Below are positions 36,384-45,370 of a stretch of DNA of 45,669 bases, in pieces; positions within the stretch are counted from its first letter, which is position 1, and every line of letters starts with the position of its first letter. The stretch is taken from NCBI GenBank assembly GCA_005805375.1, contig SYMT01000400.1, forward strand, positions 1 to 45,669. The letters are read 5' to 3'. A model generated the notes under the pieces. That model ran no database searches. It was not told the origin of the DNA and saw nothing but the letters and a program-made list of their open reading frames with translations. Origin of the DNA: Actinomycetota bacterium. GTDB lineage: Bacteria > Armatimonadota > SYMT01. The position numbers and the translations under genes are program-made.

Positions 36384-36965
36384 ATGGCGGCAAGAACATC
36401 CAGTGGGCGGTTGGGAGTGCCCGGCGTCCATGGAAAGTGGCAGATCTGGCTGGCGGTGGGCTTGGTGGGGTTGACGGTGGGGCTCAGCCGGATGCGTCCG
36501 CCCGCTGCTGCGGCGCTGTCGGCAGCGCCGGCAGCGGCCCCGGCGGGGATAGAGGGGCCGACGTTACCACCCTTCGAGTCGCCCGAGGGGTGGGTGGTCG
36601 CATCGCCGCAGATCCGCATCAGGGTCGAGCGCACGATCTGAGGGCAACTGGAAGCACTCAAGGAAGGTGACTTTGAGGCGGCAGTCGAGTGCCAGAGCCG
36701 GGCCCTGCGACAGAATTTTCAGTCGGTGGACGCCTTTCGCCAGATGCTCGAGAGTTCCTACCCGCAATTCTTGCGCTATCGTTCTCTCGAGATCGGGGAA
36801 GCCCGCTCGGATGCGAGGGCACGCCGGGTAATGGTGTCGGTGACGGTGACGGGTGAGGATGGGGTCACCGTTCAGGCCACATACCTGCTGATCAAGGAAG
36901 ATGGCAAATTCCGGGTCGAGAGCGTCTTTGGGGGACAGTTCGGGGAACCGGGAGAGGTCGCCTGA
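36384..36965 (+). pseudogene. Membrane-anchored DUF4864-like (NTF2-like) protein interrupted by an in-frame TGA
   Basis: ORFs 36384-36641 and 36726-36965 share one frame and are separated only by TGA 36639-36641. The read-through product contains GQLEALKEGDFEAAVECQS...FRQMLESSYPQFLRYRSLEIGEARSD...LLIKEDGKFRVESVF. Confidence 0.6.
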
Positions 36966-37509
36966 AGCGACGTCTCCCGCGGTCGGAGAATCACGTCTGG
37001 CTGCCCTGGAGGAGCGGTTCTATCTCCACTGGGGGGAAATGGCGAATGCCTGGGGGATCAACCGCACGATGGGTCAGATCCACGCGTTGCTCTACATCAG
37101 CCCTCGCCCCCTGACTGCCGATGACCTGATGCATCGCCTGCAGATCTCCCGGGGCAATGTCAGCATGAGCCTGCGGAGCCTGGAAGAGTGGGGCGTGGTC
37201 CAACGTCTGCATTACACGGGTGATCGCCGGGAGCACTACCGTTCGGTGGGTGATGTGTGGGTGCTGTTCCACACCATTGTTCAGGAGAGGAAGCGCCGGG
37301 AGTTTGATCCGATGCTTCGCTCGCTGCGTGAGTTCTTGAACGACGCTGTGCCTGGCGAGGATGCTGGTCTGGCTCACTACCGCACCCAATTGGGGGAATT
37401 GCTCGCTGTTCTGGAGACCCTCGACAGCCTCTTCAGCCGCATGCTTCCGCGGGACCCGCGCGACCTGCCGCGAGTGCTGGAAGTCCAGGTGGAGGGTCTG
37501 GAGGAGTGA
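36901..37509 (+). CDS. MarR/GbsR-like winged-helix transcriptional regulator
   Basis: WGINRTMGQIHALLYISPRPLTADDLMHRLQISRGNVSMSLRSLEEWGVVQR matches the GbsR/MarR_2 pattern. The only ATG upstream of this domain is 36901, which implies a 65-nt overlap with the preceding ORF, so the start is uncertain. Confidence 0.75.
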   Translation: MANSGSRASLGDSSGNRERSPEATSPAVGESRLAALEERFYLHWGEMANAWGINRTMGQIHALLYISPRPLTADDLMHRLQISRGNVSMSLRSLEEWGVVQRLHYTGDRREHYRSVGDVWVLFHTIVQERKRREFDPMLRSLREFLNDAVPGEDAGLAHYRTQLGELLAVLETLDSLFSRMLPRDPRDLPRVLEVQVEGLEE

Positions 37510-38681
37510 CCCGTCTGCTGTTCCTCGCCGGGAAGGGAGGTGTGGGAAAGTCCACTATCGCGGCCGCCACTGCCCTGCTGGCGGCGGCACGGGGTCGGCG
37601 GGTGCTTGTCGCCAGTGTGGACAGTGCCCACAACCTGGGAGATCTCTTCGAAACCCGGTTGGGTCATCTCCCCACGCCGGTGGTGGAGGGTCTGGACGGT
37701 CTGGAAGTGGACACCAACCGGGAACTGGCCGATCACTGGCACGCCGTCCTCGATTTCGTGCGTCTGATCTCCGCGAATGATCCGGGGGTCTCCAGCCTGG
37801 TGGCTGAGGAGTGCGCGGTGCTTCCAGGCCTGGAGGAAGTTTTCGGGCTGCTGCGGCTGCAGTCCATTCTGGCAGGAGGAGCGTACGATCTGGTGGTAGT
37901 GGACGCCCCTCCCACCGGCGACCTGCTGAAGTTCCTCCGCTTGCCCGAAGTGCTGCGGTGGTTCATGGACCGCTGCCATCCCCTGGACCGGGGTCTGGCG
38001 CGGAGAGTGCGCCCATTGGCTGAGGCCCTGCGCTGGCCGATGCCGCCGGAAGAGGCGCTTGATGAAATGGATCACTGGTATCAGCGGGTCTCGGACATGG
38101 GAGCGCGGCTGGCGGACCCGTCTCAGGCAGCAGTCCGTCTGGTGCTGACACCGGAGCGGGTGGCGCTTGCAGAGACCCGGCGCGCGTGGGCCTGGACCTG
38201 CCTGCTGGGGATGAATGTGGACGGCGTGATCCTGAACCGCGTGCTGCCGGGAGCGGCTTACCCTCCTGCTGTCGCCCGCTGGCGCGAAAGGCAGCAAGAG
38301 GTGCTGGCGGATGCCGCAGATAGTTTTGCCGACCTGACGGTGCTTTCCACGTTTCTCCGCGAGCAGGAAGTGCTCGGAGTAGATGCACTCCGGGAGTTCG
38401 GCGCGGCGTTGTACGGGGAGCGCGATCCAGGGGCCATCTGGACCGCGGAGGCGCCGCTGCGCTGGGAAGAGCGACCGGACGGGGCGGATCTCTGCATCCG
38501 GCTTCCCTTCCTGAAGCGTGACCAGTTCCGGCTGCTTACGGGTCGGGAAGGGCTCACGGTGGTGGTGGGCAATCAACGAAGAGTGATTCCGCTGCCTGCG
38601 TCCGTGCAGCGGCGAGACCTGCGTGGGGCACGCTATGTGGACGGTTGGCTGCGCGTAGAGTTCGGGCGACGCGGGAGTTGA
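37506..38681 (+). CDS. ArsA/GET3/TRC40-family ATPase
   Basis: GTG 37506 overlaps the upstream stop as GTGA. The P-loop is LFLAGKGGVGKSTIAAATA. It also carries SVDSAHNLGDLF and VVVDAPPTGDLLKFL. Confidence 0.88.
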   Translation: MTRLLFLAGKGGVGKSTIAAATALLAAARGRRVLVASVDSAHNLGDLFETRLGHLPTPVVEGLDGLEVDTNRELADHWHAVLDFVRLISANDPGVSSLVAEECAVLPGLEEVFGLLRLQSILAGGAYDLVVVDAPPTGDLLKFLRLPEVLRWFMDRCHPLDRGLARRVRPLAEALRWPMPPEEALDEMDHWYQRVSDMGARLADPSQAAVRLVLTPERVALAETRRAWAWTCLLGMNVDGVILNRVLPGAAYPPAVARWRERQQEVLADAADSFADLTVLSTFLREQEVLGVDALREFGAALYGERDPGAIWTAEAPLRWEERPDGADLCIRLPFLKRDQFRLLTGREGLTVVVGNQRRVIPLPASVQRRDLRGARYVDGWLRVEFGRRGS

Positions 38682-38684
38682 ACG

Positions 38685-39527
38685 ATGGCATTCCAGTTTT
38701 CCGATCGGCACATTGAAGAGTTCCTCACCCAGGGATTCACGGTGTTCCGGGGGATTGTGCCCCCGGCCCTGGTGCAGGACCTCCGGGGGGAGACGGACCG
38801 CGGGCGGGAGCAGATCCGGACAACCCGCGGCCCGCAGGCGCAACGCTTTCAGCCGATTACCAGCGTGGACGTGGATGCAGCTCCATTTGCGGCCTTCCGC
38901 GAGTTACCGGAACTGAACGATGCGGTCCATCGCACGTTGAGTCCGCACCACTCCTATGGTGACCCGTCCCAGATGGGAGTGCTGCTGGAACCGCGCGATC
39001 ATGCCTATTGCATCCGCTGGCACCGGGACGGCCGTGATAACCAGCCTTTGCTCGTCCTGGAACAGTGGGAGGAGAAATTCGGCAACCTCGATTTCTTTGG
39101 CCAATCCAACTGTGCACTCTATGACGATCATTCGCTCTGGGTGGTCCCCGGCAGCCACCTGCGCGACGACCTCCCCCGCGAGCGGGCTCGATTTCCCACG
39201 CGACCCATCATGCCCCCGGTGCTGGACGGGCTTGGTGAGCCGGAGCGCGAACGGGTCTGTCTGGCCTATTGTCGCTCCATGCCCGGTGCGGTACAGATCT
39301 GCCTCGAGCCCGGTGACTACACGCTCTACCGCAGCGTGCTCTGGCATGCCGGCAACTATGTTCCGTACACCCGGCGGGCCACCCTGCACGACTACGTAGA
39401 TACTCCCGCTTTCCGCCAGTGGCGCACCGAGCAGCGTGCGGTCGTGGCCGGTCTTCGGGCCGCGGGAAGGGCGGAGTGGGACTGGAGTGTACCGCGCTGG
39501 GGGCCGGTCAAGCCGGTCGTGGGTTGA
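38685..39527 (+). CDS. Phytanoyl-CoA dioxygenase (PhyH) family Fe(II)/2OG oxygenase
   Basis: The ATG is 3 nt after the ArsA-like stop. The HxD motif lies in IRWHRDGRD, followed by LWVVPGSHLRD and the distal His in VLWHAGNY. Confidence 0.75.
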   Translation: MAFQFSDRHIEEFLTQGFTVFRGIVPPALVQDLRGETDRGREQIRTTRGPQAQRFQPITSVDVDAAPFAAFRELPELNDAVHRTLSPHHSYGDPSQMGVLLEPRDHAYCIRWHRDGRDNQPLLVLEQWEEKFGNLDFFGQSNCALYDDHSLWVVPGSHLRDDLPRERARFPTRPIMPPVLDGLGEPERERVCLAYCRSMPGAVQICLEPGDYTLYRSVLWHAGNYVPYTRRATLHDYVDTPAFRQWRTEQRAVVAGLRAAGRAEWDWSVPRWGPVKPVVG

Positions 39528-39640
39528 CGCCCGTTCCATGCGAGGATACCCTTCATTCAGAACCGCGTGTGCAGGCGAGTGGAATCCAGACTCCTCCAGC
39601 CTCACAATCCCTTCCGTTCTCCCTTTCCCCTCTCGAAACC

Positions 39641-41902
39641 GTGATCACTGAAGCTTCCCTGGACTCACTCACCCGCTCGTCTCTCGCCACCGATGTGGAA
39701 CGCGGGAAAACTACCGTTGCGGAACTGGTGGATCATCTCCGCACCATGTGTGAGATCCGCGAGTTCGAGGACGGGCTCTACAACCTGTACCGCGCCGGGC
39801 AGCTCAAGGGAGCAACCCACATGTCCGCCGGGCAGGAAGCTGTTCCCACCGGCGCGTGTGCGGCCATCACGCGGCGCGACCTGATAGCCAGCACCCACCG
39901 GGGGCACGGACACTGCGGTGCGATGGGCAACCTGATGGCCGCATCCGAAGACGACCGGCAGGCGCATTGGAACGCCATGATGGCCGAGTTGTTCGGCAAG
40001 ACGACCGGTTACTGCCGGGGCCGCGGCGGCTCGATGCACATAGCCGATGTGGAGAAGGGAAACCTCGGCGCGACCGGCATTGTAGCGGGCAACCTTCCTG
40101 TCGCGACAGGCGCCGCGCTGGCCGAACACCTGCGAGGTACGGGTACGGTTGTCCTCTGCTTTTTTGGAGACGGTGCGACCAACACGGGGGCGTTCCACGA
40201 GGCGCTCAACATGGGAGCTTCGCTGCTGGGCGGCCTCCCGGTGGTGTACATCTGCGAGAACAATCTCTATGGGATGTCGGTGCCGTTCCACCAGACCAGC
40301 GTGCCGGACTGCGGGCACGTTGCATCCAAGATCGAGCACATCGCCCAGCGGGCCGATGGTTACCCGATGCCGGGCGTCATCGTGGATGGTCAGGACGTGC
40401 TGGCGGTGAAGGCTGCCGTCGAGGAGGCAGTGGCGCGGGCACGGCGAGGTGACGGACCGACGCTCATCGAGTGCAAGACCTATCGCTACTACGGACACAG
40501 TCTGTCCGACGCGCGCGCCTATCGCAGCCGGGATGAGGAACGGCAGTGGCGCGAACGAGACCCGATTGATATCTTTGCCCGAAAACTGACCGACCACGGC
40601 CTGCTCACCCAGACGGAAGTGGACTCGATCCGGGCACAGGCGAAAGCGACCATCACAGCATCGGTGCAGTTCGCTCAGGAGAGCCCGCTGCCGGACGCGT
40701 CGGAGTTGCACGACAACGTGTTCGTTCCGGCGGACCCGGCCGAGGTCCGCAGGCAGACGGAAGCTGAGCAGACACTCGTGGAGCGAGTCCGCCCCGCGGA
40801 GCGGGCCTTTTACCGTGCCTTCTACGAGAGCACCGGGTTGGACCCGAAGAATCCGCTGCCCCGCTTCAACAAGCCGGAACTGGATGCGCTGAGCAAGGAG
40901 CATGACATCCGTTTTGTGCCGATGGTCGAGGCGATCCAGGAAGCAAACCGCGAGGAGATGCGGCGTGACGAGCGGGTCGTGTACCTCGGCGAGGACATCG
41001 GGATCTACGGAGGCGCCTACGGCGCCACGCGGGGCCTGCTTCAGGAATTCGGTCCGCGCCGCGTCATAGATACAGCCATCTCGGAGGCGGCAGTGGTCGG
41101 CGCCGCCTGCGGAGCGGCCATGCGGGGCCTGCGGCCGATCGCGGAGATCATGTACATTGACTTCATCACGATCTCCAGCAACCAACTGGTCCACAACATC
41201 GCCTACAACCGCTACCAGTTCGGCGGGAAGATCAAAGTGCCGTGCGTGATCCGCACGGAGGGCGGCGTGGGACGTTCGTTTGCCGCCACACACAGCGAAA
41301 GCCTGGAGAGCTGGTTCTACCACATTCCCGGGCTTTACGTGGTGATGCCGAGCACTCCCTACGACGCGAAGGGACTGCTCAAATCGTCCATTCGTGACGA
41401 GAACCCGGTCCTCTTCATCGAACACAAGGAGATGTACTCGAAGGTGCAGGGACCGCTCCCGGAAGAGGACTATGTGATCCCGCTGGGGGTGGCGGACATC
41501 AAGCGCCCCGGAGCCGATGTGACGCTGGTCGCATACAGCCGGATGGTCCACTTCGCGCTGGCCGCGGCCGCCCTGCTGGAGCGAGACGGTATCCAGGTAG
41601 AAGTAGTGGACCCACGCTCGCTTTGTCCGCTGGATCTGGATACAATCGCCGGTTCGGTCCGCAAGACGGGGCGTCTGGTGGTGGCGCAGGAGTGTTACCC
41701 GTACGCCAGCGTCGGGGAGAGCATCATCCGCCGCGTAATGGAGTACCGTTTTGAGAACGGCCGCACGGGATTCACGTACCTGGACGGCCCTCCCACCCTC
41801 CTGGCGGCCGCCCACACGCCGGTTCCGATGAGCACTCCGCTGGAAGAAGCCGCGGTGCCCACCGTGATGGGGATCGTCGAAGCCTGCCGGCGGCTGGCCT
41901 GA
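39641..41902 (+). CDS. Fused 2-oxoacid dehydrogenase E1 component (alpha + beta subunits in one polypeptide)
   Basis: The alpha part has MSAGQEAVPTGA and the TPP motif GDGATNTGAFHEALNMGASLLGGLPVVYICENN. The beta part has VVYLGEDIGIYGGAYGATRGL...IDTAISEAA...PVLFIEHK. The start is uncertain (GTG 39641, no SD). Confidence 0.85.
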   Translation: MITEASLDSLTRSSLATDVERGKTTVAELVDHLRTMCEIREFEDGLYNLYRAGQLKGATHMSAGQEAVPTGACAAITRRDLIASTHRGHGHCGAMGNLMAASEDDRQAHWNAMMAELFGKTTGYCRGRGGSMHIADVEKGNLGATGIVAGNLPVATGAALAEHLRGTGTVVLCFFGDGATNTGAFHEALNMGASLLGGLPVVYICENNLYGMSVPFHQTSVPDCGHVASKIEHIAQRADGYPMPGVIVDGQDVLAVKAAVEEAVARARRGDGPTLIECKTYRYYGHSLSDARAYRSRDEERQWRERDPIDIFARKLTDHGLLTQTEVDSIRAQAKATITASVQFAQESPLPDASELHDNVFVPADPAEVRRQTEAEQTLVERVRPAERAFYRAFYESTGLDPKNPLPRFNKPELDALSKEHDIRFVPMVEAIQEANREEMRRDERVVYLGEDIGIYGGAYGATRGLLQEFGPRRVIDTAISEAAVVGAACGAAMRGLRPIAEIMYIDFITISSNQLVHNIAYNRYQFGGKIKVPCVIRTEGGVGRSFAATHSESLESWFYHIPGLYVVMPSTPYDAKGLLKSSIRDENPVLFIEHKEMYSKVQGPLPEEDYVIPLGVADIKRPGADVTLVAYSRMVHFALAAAALLERDGIQVEVVDPRSLCPLDLDTIAGSVRKTGRLVVAQECYPYASVGESIIRRVMEYRFENGRTGFTYLDGPPTLLAAAHTPVPMSTPLEEAAVPTVMGIVEACRRLA

Positions 41903-41904
41903 GT

Positions 41905-43455
41905 ATGCTGCGCACTGGCGCCTCGCGCCTTCTCGGGCTGCTGCTTCTCGCCGGGATGGCGACGGCCTGTGAGCCGACCCGGGGCGACGACCCTTCCGGC
42001 AAGCAGGCGGCGGCAGCTCAGAGGCCGATCCCTATCCGGTCGGCGGCGATCCCGAATGACCTTCCAGCGCCGGCGCGGGAGTTTCGCGGCGTCTGGGTGG
42101 CCACAGTAGACAATATTGACTGGCCTTCGAAGCCGGGCCTACGCACCGAGCAGCAGCAAGCGGAACTGATTGCCCTGCTCAACCGGGCTGCGTCGCTGCG
42201 CTTGAATGCCGTGATCTTCCAGGTCCGGCCGGCTTGCGATGCCCTGTACGCCTCTTCGCTGGAGCCGTGGTCGGACTACCTGACGGGGCGGATGGGCGAG
42301 GCGCCTTCCCCGCCCTGGGATCCGCTCGCCTTCGCTGTGGAAGAGGCACACCGGCGCGGCCTGGAACTGCATGCCTGGTTCAATCCTTACCGGGCACATC
42401 ACCCCTCCAGTAAGTCGCCATTGTCGCCCGGTCACATCGGACGGCTGCGGCCTGACCTGATGCGCACTTACGGGAAACAACTCTGGCTCGATCCGGGCGA
42501 ACCGGACGTGCAGGATTACTCTTTCTCGGTAGTGATGGACGTGGTGCGGCGCTACGATGTAGACGGCATCCACTTCGACGACTACTTCTACCCCTACCCC
42601 GAACGCACCAGGTCCGGCAGCGTGCCGTTCCCGGATGATGCGAGCTGGCGCCGCTATCAGAGTACCGGCGGCGTTCTGAATCGGGCCGACTGGCGGCGCG
42701 ACAGCGTAGATCGGTTCATCCAGCGGGTGTCGGAAGGCATCCACAAGGAGAAACCGTGGGTCCGGTTCGGCATCAGCCCATTCGGGATCTGGCGGCCGGG
42801 CAATCCGGCCCAGATTCGCGGCTTTGACGCGTACGCAGAGTTGTATGCCGACGCGCGCAAGTGGCTCGCGAACGGTTGGGCAGACTACTTCGCGCCCCAA
42901 CTCTACTGGAAAACTGAGGCGCAGGCCCAGAGCTACCCGGTGCTGCTGAAGTGGTGGACCGAGCAGAACCTGCTGAAGCGGCACCTCTGGCCGGGGAACT
43001 ACACGAGCCAGGTAGGCACCTGGCCCGCCGCAGAAATCATGAACCAGATTCGCCTGACGCGGCGTACGGAGGGGGCGTCCGGCAACATCCACTTCAGCAT
43101 GAAGCCGTTGATGCAAGACCGGGCCGGGCTATCCAGATCACTGGAAAACAGCCTCTACTCACGGCAGGCCCTGCCGCCCGCTACCCCCTGGTTGGATGAT
43201 CGCCCCCCGCCGTCCCCCGAGGTACGGGGAAAGCCGCCCACCCTCTCCTGGACCGCGGGACCGGGGGAAGCCGCCTGGTTGTGGGTCGTGCGGCTGCGAC
43301 GCAACGGGGCCTGGGATATCCGCATCCTGCCCGCGCAGCAAACGACGTGGGACGTCGGTGATAGCGGGTCCACCGATCTGGTCGCCGTTTCGGCGGTGGA
43401 CCGGTGCGGAAACGAAAGCAAGCCCTTTGTCCTGAACCTCGCCGGGAGCCGGTAG
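41905..43455 (+). CDS. Glycoside-hydrolase-like family 10 (YngK/YddW, UPF0748) lipoprotein
   Basis: The lipobox is LLLLAGMATAC. EFRGVWVATVDNIDWPS...LNAVIFQVRPACDALYAS..EPWS...ELHAWFNPYR is typical of the family. Confidence 0.8.
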   Translation: MLRTGASRLLGLLLLAGMATACEPTRGDDPSGKQAAAAQRPIPIRSAAIPNDLPAPAREFRGVWVATVDNIDWPSKPGLRTEQQQAELIALLNRAASLRLNAVIFQVRPACDALYASSLEPWSDYLTGRMGEAPSPPWDPLAFAVEEAHRRGLELHAWFNPYRAHHPSSKSPLSPGHIGRLRPDLMRTYGKQLWLDPGEPDVQDYSFSVVMDVVRRYDVDGIHFDDYFYPYPERTRSGSVPFPDDASWRRYQSTGGVLNRADWRRDSVDRFIQRVSEGIHKEKPWVRFGISPFGIWRPGNPAQIRGFDAYAELYADARKWLANGWADYFAPQLYWKTEAQAQSYPVLLKWWTEQNLLKRHLWPGNYTSQVGTWPAAEIMNQIRLTRRTEGASGNIHFSMKPLMQDRAGLSRSLENSLYSRQALPPATPWLDDRPPPSPEVRGKPPTLSWTAGPGEAAWLWVVRLRRNGAWDIRILPAQQTTWDVGDSGSTDLVAVSAVDRCGNESKPFVLNLAGSR

Positions 43456-43490
43456 CGGCGTGCTCCGGCATTGCGCTCGAAACTGGAACT

Positions 43491-44516
43491 GTGAAACCTG
43501 ATATTCTCCGAGGACTGCTCTCCGTGGTCGCGGACGGAGGCGCATTGGACGCCGAACAGGCCGCCGATGCAGTGACGGCACTCACCTCCGGTGATGCCTC
43601 CCCGGTGCTCGCCGCTGCTCTGCTCACGGCATTGCACATCCGGGGAGAAACACCCGTCGAGGTGGCCGGATTCGCCCGCCGCCTGCGGGAGCTCGGGGTG
43701 CGCATTTCGCCTCGCCGCGACGGGCTGGTGGATACCTGCGGCACCGGTGGAGGCGCCGTTCCCACGTTCAATGTGTCCACGACGGCCGCTTTCGTGGTGG
43801 CCGGCGCGGGAGTGCCGGTTGCCAAGCACGGCAATCGGGCGATGACGTCCGCGTGCGGGAGCGCAGATGTCCTGGAGGCGTTGGGAGCACGGCTGGACCT
43901 GCCGCCCGAGCGGATCCGGGAGTGCATCGAAACCGTGGGGATCGGGTTCCTCTTCGCGCAGGCGCACCATCCAGCGATGCGCCATGTAGGCCCCATCCGC
44001 CGCGAACTCCCGTTCCGCACCATCTTCAATTGCGCCGCCCCCCTGACCAATCCCGCCGGCGCGCGGCGTCAGGTGATCGGTGTTTACGAAGAGCGCCTGG
44101 TACCCCTGCTGGCCGGCGCCCTCGTGTCCCTTGGATGCGAACGGGCCCTCGTGGTCCATGGGCGGGATGGTTTGGATGAGTGTTCGACGTTGGGTTCCAC
44201 CCTTGCCGCCGAAGTTCGCAACGGGGTCGTGGAAACCTACGAGTTCGTTCCGGAGGATGCGGGCGTGCGGAGGGCGCGGCCCGCGGAGATCGCACCCGGC
44301 GGCAGTCCCGCCGAAAACGCAGCAATCACCCGCTCGGTGCTCGGGGGGGAGGCGGGGCCCCGGCTGGAACTGGTGCTCTTGAACGCGGCGGCGGCACTCA
44401 TGGTGGCGGATACCGTGTCGGACCTGGCTGCCGGCGTGGATTGTGCGGCTGCCAGCGTGCGTTCCGGCGCGGCGCTCGCCTGCCTCAATGCCTTTGTGGC
44501 GTTCACCCGGTCCTGA
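43491..44516 (+). CDS. trpD: Anthranilate phosphoribosyltransferase
   Basis: The start is GTG 43491. Motifs: VDTCGTGGG, FNVSTTAAFVVAGAGVPVAKHGNRA and GSADVLEALG. Confidence 0.9.
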   Translation: MKPDILRGLLSVVADGGALDAEQAADAVTALTSGDASPVLAAALLTALHIRGETPVEVAGFARRLRELGVRISPRRDGLVDTCGTGGGAVPTFNVSTTAAFVVAGAGVPVAKHGNRAMTSACGSADVLEALGARLDLPPERIRECIETVGIGFLFAQAHHPAMRHVGPIRRELPFRTIFNCAAPLTNPAGARRQVIGVYEERLVPLLAGALVSLGCERALVVHGRDGLDECSTLGSTLAAEVRNGVVETYEFVPEDAGVRRARPAEIAPGGSPAENAAITRSVLGGEAGPRLELVLLNAAAALMVADTVSDLAAGVDCAAASVRSGAALACLNAFVAFTRS

Positions 44517-44539
44517 CGCCGATAGAAGCCGGTCCACCG

Positions 44540-45370
44540 ATGTCTATTCCCTCTCGCCTTCTGGAAATCGTGACCCACAAGCGCGAAGAAGTCGCCGCCC
44601 GCAGGGCTGCCCGGCCGGTCGTGGATCTTTCAGACGCGCCAGGTCTCCGCGATTTCCTGGGAGCCCTCCATACGCGCACCGGCGCCGGCCCGCGACAGGA
44701 CCACTCGCCCCAGCCGGTGCGGCTGATCGCGGAGGTGAAGCAGGCGTCGCCTTCCCGCGGCCTGCTGCGGCCGGACTTCGATCCGGTCGCCCTGGCCGAG
44801 ACCTATGCGGACAACGGTGCGGCGTGTCTCTCCGTTCTCACCGACGAACGCTTCTTCCGCGGGCACGATCGCTATCTGGAGGAGATCCGCTGCCGCGTGT
44901 CCGTACCGTTGCTGAGGAAAGAATTCCTGCTCGACTGCTGGCAGGTGGACGAGTCTCGCGCCCTGGGAGCGGATGCCGTCCTTCTGATCGTCGCCATCCT
45001 GTCCCCGGAGCGCCTGCACGACCTGCACGCCCGCGCCGCGGAACTCGGGATGGCGACGCTGGTAGAGGTGCAGACCGACGAGGAGCTGGAGATTGCGCTG
45101 ACTCTCGGTGCGCCGCTGCTCGGGATCAACAATCGCAACCTCCACACGTTCGAGACGAGCCTGGAAACCACCGAACGCCTCGCTGCTCGGGCTCTGGAGC
45201 ACGGGGAACGCGTGCTCGTCAGCGAGAGCGGCATCTTTACGGCGGCCGATGTCGCGCGGGTGGGACGCTGTGGGGCATCGGCGGTGCTGGTGGGCGAGGC
45301 CCTGGTGCGTGAGACGGATGTGGGTGCGAAGGTGCGCGAGCTCAGCACGGTTGTTCCCGCGCACGAGTAG
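44540..45370 (+). CDS. trpC: Indole-3-glycerol phosphate synthase
   Basis: The start is ATG 44540. Motifs: LIAEVKQASPSRGLL, LSVLTDERFFRG, LLRKEFLLD and LLGINNRNLHTFE. Confidence 0.9.
   Translation: MSIPSRLLEIVTHKREEVAARRAARPVVDLSDAPGLRDFLGALHTRTGAGPRQDHSPQPVRLIAEVKQASPSRGLLRPDFDPVALAETYADNGAACLSVLTDERFFRGHDRYLEEIRCRVSVPLLRKEFLLDCWQVDESRALGADAVLLIVAILSPERLHDLHARAAELGMATLVEVQTDEELEIALTLGAPLLGINNRNLHTFETSLETTERLAARALEHGERVLVSESGIFTAADVARVGRCGASAVLVGEALVRETDVGAKVRELSTVVPAHE

Noticed and set aside
36639-36641. Selenocysteine codon in the DUF4864-like gene
   Set aside because: Only a weak 6-bp hairpin lies downstream. I know of no Sec or Cys at this position in the family, and there is no sel gene in the window. 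Nonsense mutation or sequencing error is more parsimonious. This is kept as a minor alternative in the finding.
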